Shown: one piece after another, positions 8,536-15,040 of the stretch | Layout of the letters: each line of letters opens with the position of its first letter | How positions within the stretch are numbered: the stretch's first letter is position 1 | Assembly (NCBI GenBank): GCA_903870315.1 | Contig: CAIQCJ010000032.1 | Location: 1-45,395 of the forward strand | Reading direction: 5' to 3' | DNA from: an uncultured bacterium | GTDB taxonomy: Bacteria > Patescibacteriota > Minisyncoccia > Phycocordibacterales > PALSA-1337 | DNA: 45,395 bases | Translations under genes and position numbers: made by a program | The notes under the pieces: model-generated | What the model was told of the DNA's origin: nothing | What the model saw: only the letters and a program-made list of their open reading frames with translations | Databases searched by the model: none

Positions 8536-9492
8536 ATGAATCACCCAGAACAACAATATCTAGATCTTCTCAAGGATATTATGGAAAATGGGGTATTGAA
8601 GCATGATCACAACACCAGCGTCGGTTTGACTAGTGTCTTCGGTCGCCAGATGCGTTTTGATCTTTCCAAAGGTTTTCCTCTTCTGACTACGAAGAAAGTT
8701 CCTTGGAATAGTATTATGCATGAGTTGTATTGGTTCATGTCTGGTCAGACCAATGTTAAGTATCTCGTCGATCACAAGGTTCCTATCTGGACAGATTATC
8801 CTTACAAGATTTATAAGAAAAAAGCCGACAAAGGCGCGTTGCCTGCAATTACTCTAGAAGAATTTTCAGAGAAGATAAGAACTGATGAAGCTTTTGCGAA
8901 AGCTCATGGTGAACTTCCTCGCATATACGGTGAACAATGGAGAGCTTGGCCAGCTGCAGATGGTCGCAAGATAGATCAACTTTCTTGGGTTATAGATACA
9001 TTGAAGAATTTTCCAGAGCGCAAACACGCCATACTTTCTGCTTGGAATCCTCCATTTCTTTATGCTATGGCGAAACCAGGAGAAGCATTGGCATATCCTT
9101 TGTGTCATATTCTTTTCCATTTCAATGTTTCAGGAAATAAACTCTCGTGCTGTTTGTATCAGAGATCATGCGATATGTTTCTTGGTGTTCCATTTAACAT
9201 AGCGAGCTACGCTGCTCTCACCATGATCGTTGCGAAGATTTGTGGATATGAACCTGGAGAATTTATTCATACACTTGGTGACGCACATATTTACGAGGAT
9301 CATATGGAGCAAGTGAAAGAGCAGATAAAGAGGGAACCAAAGAAGTTTCCGAAGCTTGTTTTGAGTGATGAAATCAAGGATCTGGACAGTTTCCGTCCAG
9401 AGATGGTTACTCTCACTGAATACGATCCACACCCACTTCTTAAGGCTAAGATGACTGTAGCTGGAGGGTTTGATGAGAAGGATAGGAAATAA
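8536..9492 (+). CDS. thyA: Thymidylate synthase ThyA
   Basis: EQQYLDLLKDIMENG, SVFGRQMRFDL, LTTKKV, LSAWNP, PLCHILFHF, YQRSCDMFLGVPFNIASYA and HTLGDAHIYEDH are canonical ThyA motifs, including the catalytic Cys. Confidence 0.95.
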   Translation: MNHPEQQYLDLLKDIMENGVLKHDHNTSVGLTSVFGRQMRFDLSKGFPLLTTKKVPWNSIMHELYWFMSGQTNVKYLVDHKVPIWTDYPYKIYKKKADKGALPAITLEEFSEKIRTDEAFAKAHGELPRIYGEQWRAWPAADGRKIDQLSWVIDTLKNFPERKHAILSAWNPPFLYAMAKPGEALAYPLCHILFHFNVSGNKLSCCLYQRSCDMFLGVPFNIASYAALTMIVAKICGYEPGEFIHTLGDAHIYEDHMEQVKEQIKREPKKFPKLVLSDEIKDLDSFRPEMVTLTEYDPHPLLKAKMTVAGGFDEKDRK

Positions 9493-9544
9493 GGTGCATA
9501 AAGACGCTTGCATGTCCTCCATGCGATGATAAGCGCCTCTCCCG

Positions 9545-9585
9545 GACCGGCGTCACACTCCCGTGCGGCGCCGGTCTTTTCTTTT
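9545..9585 (+). terminator. Intrinsic terminator between thyA and glyA
   Basis: GACCGGCG...CGCCGGTC 8-bp G+C-rich stem (9545-9552 / 9569-9576) followed by TTTTCTTTT. Confidence 0.8.
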
Positions 9586-9639
9586 CATGATAGAATTCAA
9601 ATATTAAGAGTCATTAATAATCCCCCTAATTATTAACCT

Positions 9640-10848
9640 ATGAAAGACACACAAATAAAGAGACTCCTTGAGGCAGAGAAGAAACGTCAGAAAAAAGTCA
9701 TAAACCTTATTGCTTCTGAAAATTTTGTGTCTGCCGATGTTCTAGAAGCTCTCGGTTCAGAACTAACAAATAAATATGCGGAAGGATATTCTGGCAAAAG
9801 ATATTACGGTGGTAACGAGATAGTCGATAAGGTCGAAGATCTTTGTATCGAACGTGCATTGAAACTTTTTGGTCTTGATGCAAATAAGTGGCACGTCAAC
9901 GTACAGGCGCTTTCTGGTTCACCTGCGAACTTGGCTGTGTATGTCGGTGTATTGGGTTTGAAAAATGATGGCCAGCCACCAAAGATCATGGGTATGTCAC
10001 TCGATCATGGAGGCCATCTTACTCATGGTCACAAAGTTTCTGCTACTGGAAAATTTTTCACACAGGTTCCTTATGGTCTAGATCCTAAGACTGAGATGTT
10101 GAACTATGTTCAGCTTCGTGAGATAGCCATGAAAGAGAGGCCTGCTATTATCGTGGCAGGCTACACAGCATATCCACGTCGTATAGATTGGGCCAAGATG
10201 CGTGAGATTGCTGACGCTTGCGGAGCATTACTTATGGTTGATATGTCACATGTGGCCGGTCTTGTCGCTGGTGGGGCATATCCAGCACCATTTCCATACG
10301 CCGATATTGTGACCACGACTACTCATAAGACTTTGCGTGGTCCTAGGTCAGCACTTATATTTGTTCGCAAAGACGCCCGTGAACTTGATAAGAAAATAGA
10401 CAAGGCTGTTTTCCCTGGTTTGCAGGGTGGTCCTCATGAAAACCAGATTGCAGCAGTTGCTGTTGCTCTCAAGGAAGCCGCAAGTCCAGCTTTCAAGAAA
10501 TACGCACAACAGGTTGTAAAAAATGCCGCTGCTTTAGCCAATGAACTTCGTAATTGTGGCTGGAGACTTATTTCTGGTGGCACAGATTCTCATCTTATTC
10601 TCATAGATACTTGGAATAGCGGTGTGAAAAACGCCAAAGGTGCCGGCGCAGTTCCTGGAAAAGACGCCAGTGACAAACTTGAGAAAGTCGGCATCATTGT
10701 AAACAAAAATGGCATTCCATTTGATTCAAGATCACCAGTTGATCCGTCTGGTATTCGCATTGGTTCTGCCGCAGAGACTACTCATGGCAAAAAAGAGAAA
10801 GATTTTCGTGCAATAGCGAAAAAGATAGATGAGGTATTGAGGAAGTAG
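9640..10848 (+). CDS. glyA: Serine hydroxymethyltransferase
   Basis: LIASENFVS, LTNKYAEGYSGKRYYGG and TTTTHKTLRGPR (PLP-lysine motif) are diagnostic. Confidence 0.95.
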   Translation: MKDTQIKRLLEAEKKRQKKVINLIASENFVSADVLEALGSELTNKYAEGYSGKRYYGGNEIVDKVEDLCIERALKLFGLDANKWHVNVQALSGSPANLAVYVGVLGLKNDGQPPKIMGMSLDHGGHLTHGHKVSATGKFFTQVPYGLDPKTEMLNYVQLREIAMKERPAIIVAGYTAYPRRIDWAKMREIADACGALLMVDMSHVAGLVAGGAYPAPFPYADIVTTTTHKTLRGPRSALIFVRKDARELDKKIDKAVFPGLQGGPHENQIAAVAVALKEAASPAFKKYAQQVVKNAAALANELRNCGWRLISGGTDSHLILIDTWNSGVKNAKGAGAVPGKDASDKLEKVGIIVNKNGIPFDSRSPVDPSGIRIGSAAETTHGKKEKDFRAIAKKIDEVLRK

Positions 10849-10908
10849 GGATATTTGATTTTAGCCAATTTGGCGGATTTTTCGCTAACTTTCTGCTACA
10901 ATCATCCC

Positions 10909-12735
10909 ATGAAAGACGAAATCATAAAGATATTGCAAAAAACCTTTGAGCCACTTGGTATATCGGATATTTCGGTCGCCTTAGATTTTCCAGAAAATGC
11001 CGAATATGGTGACTATACTAGCAATGTGGCCATGATAAACGCCAAGAGGCTTGGTATGAAGCCTGTTGAATTGGCGACAAAGATCGTGGCAGATTTCGAC
11101 AAACTTGTAGCCAAGGCATCTTTGAAAGGTCTTATGAAATCAGTCAGTGTGGCTGGACCTGGATTTATTAATTTTACTTTGACCGCAGAAGCGGTTTCGA
11201 AGAATGTTCAGGAGATCTCAAGAGAGTTGAATGGCCCCAAAGGCTCAAATAGCTTAAAAGGCCAAATTTCAAATATCGGCGCTGGTAAAAAAGTTTTGAT
11301 AGAGTACTCGTCTCCGAATATTGCCAAACCTTTTACGGTCGGACATTTGAGGTCAACTATCATAGGTGATTCTATTGCGCGTATTTTGAGTGCTACTGGA
11401 TATTCTGTTATTCGTGACAACCATCTTGGTGACTGGGGAACACAGTTTGGGAAGCTTTTGGTGGCGATAGAAAAGTGGGGGGATGAATTTGGCGGACTCG
11501 ATGGCATCAAAAAGAGTGAAAATCCTATCAAAATACTTGTTGATCTTTACGTGAAGTTCCATGATGAGGTTGCGATTATGGAGGATTCTGAAGACGAAAA
11601 ATTGAAAACAGAAGCAGAAGAACTCGTTACTTTTGCTCGTGCCAAATCTAAAATATTGGAATCTGGTAAGGATCCGATAATTTCTGAAATTTGGAAGGTC
11701 TGCGTAGATCTTTCCATGCATGAGTTTGCCCTTATTTATACGAGACTCGGTGTGTCTTTTGATCCAAAGAGGGGAGATACGCAGATTGGTGAAAGTTTCT
11801 TTGTGACCCCAGATAAGATCAACCCAGTCAGAGATGCCTTGAATGCCAAAAATCTTTTGAAAGAAAGTGAGGGTGCCAAAGTTGTATTCTTTGGTAGTGA
11901 AGATCCAAAGTCATGGAAACTCCCTCCGCTTATAGTAGAGAAAAGTGACGGTACATCCATATATGCTACTCGTGATTTGGCCGCAGATTTATATCGAATC
12001 AATACATACGGTAAAGGTCTAATACTCATAAATGAGGTTGGTGCTGAACAAAATCTTTACTTCAAACAACTTATAGAAACTGAGACTATGCTTGGCTGGT
12101 TTACGAAAGGTCAGAGACTTCATATCGCCCACGGACTTTACAGGTTCAAGGATGGCAAGATGTCTACAAGAAAAGGTAAGGTCATCTGGCTAGGTGATAT
12201 TCTGGATGAAGCAGTTACTCGTGCTTCCAAGATAAATGCCGATAGTGCCAATGATGTGGCTGTGGCGGCTATCAAGTTCAATGATCTTAAGCGCGACAGT
12301 ATACAAGATATAGTTTTCGATTGGGATGAAATGATGAGTATGACCGGTGACTCTGGACCATATCTACAATATTCATGCGTGCGTGCCAAAGCCGTCATAG
12401 AGAAAGCGAAAGGGCTCGGCATAGTCGCGCATATTGGCCCTGGATCCGGTGAAGGTAGTACACGCCCAAAAATCGCCCAAATCGATCTTCTTGAAAGATA
12501 CCTGATCCGTTTTCAGTCGGTTGTCGAATTCGCCGGCGCATCATATAGACCGAATGTCATTGCCAACTATCTCATAAATCTGGCGGCGCTTTTCAACAGC
12601 TTCTATTCCCAAGTAATGATCGCTGATGCGAAAGACCCTATGGCAGCTTACAAAGTTGCTGTCACGCAGGCTTTTGCCATGACCATGGAGAGGGGATTAG
12701 ATCTATTGGGTATAAAAGTTCCGAAGAAGATGTAA
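10909..12735 (+). CDS. argS: Arginyl-tRNA synthetase
   Basis: EYSSPNIAKPFTVGHLRSTIIGD (HIGH-region variant), DGTSIYATRDLA, MSTRKG (KMSKS-like) and a DALR anticodon-binding C-terminus. The track ORF starts at TTG 10855; I prefer ATG 10909 (MKDEIIKILQ). Confidence 0.9.
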   Translation: MKDEIIKILQKTFEPLGISDISVALDFPENAEYGDYTSNVAMINAKRLGMKPVELATKIVADFDKLVAKASLKGLMKSVSVAGPGFINFTLTAEAVSKNVQEISRELNGPKGSNSLKGQISNIGAGKKVLIEYSSPNIAKPFTVGHLRSTIIGDSIARILSATGYSVIRDNHLGDWGTQFGKLLVAIEKWGDEFGGLDGIKKSENPIKILVDLYVKFHDEVAIMEDSEDEKLKTEAEELVTFARAKSKILESGKDPIISEIWKVCVDLSMHEFALIYTRLGVSFDPKRGDTQIGESFFVTPDKINPVRDALNAKNLLKESEGAKVVFFGSEDPKSWKLPPLIVEKSDGTSIYATRDLAADLYRINTYGKGLILINEVGAEQNLYFKQLIETETMLGWFTKGQRLHIAHGLYRFKDGKMSTRKGKVIWLGDILDEAVTRASKINADSANDVAVAAIKFNDLKRDSIQDIVFDWDEMMSMTGDSGPYLQYSCVRAKAVIEKAKGLGIVAHIGPGSGEGSTRPKIAQIDLLERYLIRFQSVVEFAGASYRPNVIANYLINLAALFNSFYSQVMIADAKDPMAAYKVAVTQAFAMTMERGLDLLGIKVPKKM

Positions 12736-12755
12736 TAAATTCTCCGGCGTGGTTT

Positions 12756-13022
12756 TCAGTACATATCGTCGTGTGATCCGATACCGTATAGGGTTATTGT
12801 TGTCGCGTCAAAAGAAAAAACTATTCTGTGGTCATAAGATATTCTACATGCATATAATTCTTTGAGAGACCCATGTAGTTTATGAGTTTTAAGTAATGGA
12901 TTGGAGACATCGCTCTCTAACATTTTAAGAGTTTTCGACCATCTTGTTTTTAAGTGCGCGTTCTTCCTAAGAAAATCACGCGACATTTTGTTGAATGCGG
13001 GAGTGGCGAATATTGTCCTCAT
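12756..13022 (-). CDS. RelE/StbE-family type II toxin
   Basis: 88 aa. LKTHKLHGSLKELYACRISYDHRIVFSFDATTITLYGIGSHDDMY matches the RelE/StbE/YafQ C-terminal pattern. Preceded by a small partner ORF. Confidence 0.7.
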   Translation of the reverse strand: MRTIFATPAFNKMSRDFLRKNAHLKTRWSKTLKMLESDVSNPLLKTHKLHGSLKELYACRISYDHRIVFSFDATTITLYGIGSHDDMY

Positions 13023-13037
13023 GGATCAAGAGATAGG

Positions 13038-13220
13038 CTAAAGACCTTTAGTAATGTCGGCAATAAGCAAATTTGCTGACGAGTATTTTCTGACTTTACC
13101 AGTTTGTGCTTCCCAAACAGATTGAAGGATCTCAAGTTCAAAGAATCTTTTTCGCAGATCGCGCATGATACTAGCAACCTCTTTTGAGTTCTTTTTTATC
13201 TGAAATTTAGTGATTTTCAT
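13038..13220 (-). CDS. Putative antitoxin partner of the RelE-like toxin
   Basis: 60-70 aa ORF ending 15 nt upstream of the toxin start on the same strand. No motif recognised; the call is positional. The start could be 13250 or 13220. Confidence 0.45.
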   Translation of the reverse strand: MKITKFQIKKNSKEVASIMRDLRKRFFELEILQSVWEAQTGKVRKYSSANLLIADITKGL

Positions 13221-13256
13221 GTATTTAGTATAGCGTAGGTGGGTGGTCATGCCTAC

Positions 13257-13286
13257 TTGACATTTAGATACTAAGTAGTGTACAAT
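13257..13286 (+). promoter_or_regulatory. Sigma70-like promoter upstream of the DGR-target-like gene
   Basis: TTGACA (13257-13262), 18-nt spacer, TACAAT (13281-13286). This would give a ~105-nt 5' UTR before the ATG at 13398. Confidence 0.45.
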
Positions 13287-13397
13287 ATCGCTCAGCGAGG
13301 TAGGTCTTTGTCAGTGCAATGTTAGGGGATTCGTCCCAGTGCGTGGTCGTAGTAAAACAAACCAAAACCGCTCGAAAGAGCAGAAAGGAAAGCGCGT

Positions 13398-14186
13398 ATG
13401 AAAAATGCGAGCGTTCCCAAAGTAGCAGAAGTGGTTCAGAGAGAGATCTCTGTGCAATGGCAAGCACAGATTAGTGCCAACCTTATCGTGGGGTCAATAC
13501 CGATCCTAAAACAACTGGGAAGATTCCCGCAATTGGCTCAGAAGCTTGCAGCCAAGCCGGAAGCTTGGACAGAGTTCCTGATGTCGGCATTGCCGAAGCG
13601 GATGGTTATCGGCCACAATGATGCGGAATATTGGGACCGGTATTATCAAAATGAGTTTGGCATCAAGGGCTCATTTGAGGGTCTCGAAATCCCAGCCGCT
13701 CCAGCTTATCCAGCATGGCTTGTTGTGATGCATGAACAGATCTCCAATCGGTGCAATCCGATAATGGAGGTTTGCAAAAAGCATTACCCGAAGTACTGGC
13801 AGTACACGAGCGATCTCGGCGCTTCGATCGTCAGACATGATCGGAGTGGGACATACGGAATCTGGGTCGCGGCTTCGCCGAGCGCTGAATTCGGAAATGT
13901 GGATGGTAAAAACTTGTCTAGCCAGGATGTTTGGGACAGGGGCATTATTACCACAACTCTGCCGGAGCGTCTGATTCTTGGTGATACGTTCTATTTGAAA
14001 AACCAAGATCATCTGGACAAAAATAAAATCAACCTCTGTCCAGGTTCGCGCAATTCCGACGGCAATGTGCCGAGTGTGAATCGGCACAACGACGACAATG
14101 TCAAGGTGAACTACTGGAATCCGCAGAATGCCGATGACAATCTGCGGTTCCGTCTGGAAATTTCTCGCAACAAGGGGCTTTCATAG
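13398..14186 (+). CDS. Putative DGR target (variable) protein with C-terminal CLec-like variable module
   Basis: 262-aa ORF, visibly more G+C-rich than its neighbours. The C-terminus CPGSRNSDGNVPSVNRHNDDNVKVNYWNPQNADDNLRFRL resembles the ...NRNNNPNNRNNNLGFR ends of DGR variable proteins. It lies next to Avd-like and DGR-RT-like ORFs. Confidence 0.5.
   Translation: MKNASVPKVAEVVQREISVQWQAQISANLIVGSIPILKQLGRFPQLAQKLAAKPEAWTEFLMSALPKRMVIGHNDAEYWDRYYQNEFGIKGSFEGLEIPAAPAYPAWLVVMHEQISNRCNPIMEVCKKHYPKYWQYTSDLGASIVRHDRSGTYGIWVAASPSAEFGNVDGKNLSSQDVWDRGIITTTLPERLILGDTFYLKNQDHLDKNKINLCPGSRNSDGNVPSVNRHNDDNVKVNYWNPQNADDNLRFRLEISRNKGLS
14052..14153 (+). other. Candidate DGR variable region (VR)
   Basis: Among these 34 codons, 9 are Asn (AAT/AAC) and 5 are Asp (GAC/GAT), plus CAC, TAC, TCC and GCC. 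That mix is what adenine-specific mutagenesis of AAY template codons would produce. No matching template repeat was found in this window. Confidence 0.35.
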
Positions 14187-14194
14187 CCCCTTTT
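14174..14194. terminator. Hairpin plus T-run at the 3' end of the target gene
   Basis: GGGGC-TTTCATA-GCCCC then TTTTGTG. The stop codon TAG (14184-14186) lies in the loop/stem. The position (immediately 3' of the VR-like module) mirrors the hairpin found downstream of DGR VRs. It also faces the convergent Avd-like ORF. Confidence 0.65.
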
Positions 14195-14197
14195 GTG

Positions 14198-14452
14198 TCA
14201 TATGTTTTGGCTACGCGCCACATAGTTTATCCAATTGGTCGCTTCTTTGGATATTTCAAAAAGTTTGGTAGAAAGACGTATATAAGTTTTATCATCGATG
14301 ATAAGTAATTCATTTTCTGTCCGAATCAGATTTTGTAGAACACCGATTTTTACACGCAATCTTTCCAGTGTCGGCTTCTTTAGGATTTTTATTTGAAATG
14401 ACCCTTCTATAGCCAGAGACAAAATGTTTATGCACAGCCGTTCTATTTCCAT
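14198..14452 (-). CDS. Avd-like four-helix-bundle protein (short, possibly 5'-truncated)
   Basis: 84 aa, all-helical. LERLRVKIGVLQNLIRTENELLIIDDKTYIRLSTKLFEISKEATNWINYV matches the C-terminal half of the DGR accessory variability determinant / 23S-IVS four-helix-bundle family. Typical members are longer. Confidence 0.55.
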   Translation of the reverse strand: MEIERLCINILSLAIEGSFQIKILKKPTLERLRVKIGVLQNLIRTENELLIIDDKTYIRLSTKLFEISKEATNWINYVARSQNI

Positions 14453-14527
14453 ATGTATTCCCAGCTTGTTGCTTTTCGATAGTTTTTGGCCGGTGTTGTA
14501 AATGTCTTTGTGTAGTATTCTTATACT

Positions 14528-15019
14528 ATGGATAATTGGGACAATTTGTTTGAACTTATAAAAAGGATTATTTTTTCATTCGAAAAGACCGGTGGAAAAG
14601 GCTTGCCACTTGGCAATGTTACTAGTCAGCTTTTCTCCGATATTTATCTCAATGAGCTGGATCAGTTTGTAAAACACGAACTAAAAGCAAAGTACTATAT
14701 TAGATATTGTGACGATTTTGTAATTTTAAATGACTCTTTGGATTACCTTGATTATTGTTTAGATAAGATTAGGGATTTTTGTTCGGAAAATCTGTTGGTA
14801 AATTTACATCCAGATAAAGTAGAGATACGTAAACTGAAAACCGGAGTAGATTTTCTTGGATATGTTTCCTTGCCACATTATAGAGTCTTGCGTACCAAAA
14901 CAAAGAGGAGGATGTTAAATAGAGTTTCGACAAAAAATGTGGCCTCATATTTAGGAATGTTGAAGCATTGCAAAGGAGAGAAAATAGAGGAACAAATTAG
15001 CAGATTATTTTTTGATTAA
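14528..15019 (+). pseudogene. N-terminally truncated DGR-type reverse transcriptase (motifs 4-7 and thumb only)
   Basis: GLPLGNVTSQLFSDIYLNELD carries the [I/L]GxxxSQ motif-4 hallmark of DGR RTs. YIRYCDDFVIL is the YxDD catalytic motif. Only 163 aa; an in-frame TAG at 14513 blocks upstream extension, and no RT motifs 1-3 appear in any upstream frame. Confidence 0.7.
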
Positions 15020-15040
15020 AAAATGCTAGAATAAGCCATT

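Noticed and set aside
9493-9639. ZTP (pfl) or THF riboswitch upstream of glyA.
   Set aside because: I could not find the conserved ZTP pseudoknot core (CCGCCUGGGC-like) or the THF signature sequences. Only generic hairpins and a terminator are present. This is kept as a low-interest finding rather than a feature.
13671-14087. 138-aa minus-strand ORF inside the DGR-target-like gene, and similar long antisense ORFs in glyQS (21470-21889, 21974-22438), the lipase gene (39976-40452) and thyA (9166-9522).
   Set aside because: Each overlaps a sense ORF with strong motifs or much greater length. The translations are low-complexity or Arg/Ser/Leu-rich, as expected for antisense frames.
13264-15040. 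Search for a DGR template repeat matching the VR-like segment 14040-14165.
   Set aside because: I compared by eye, on both strands, the target 5' UTR (13264-13397), the Avd-like ORF, the 14453-14527 spacer and the 22-nt gap before ileS. No similar stretch was found, so no TR is annotated. A computational A-mismatch-tolerant repeat search is still needed.
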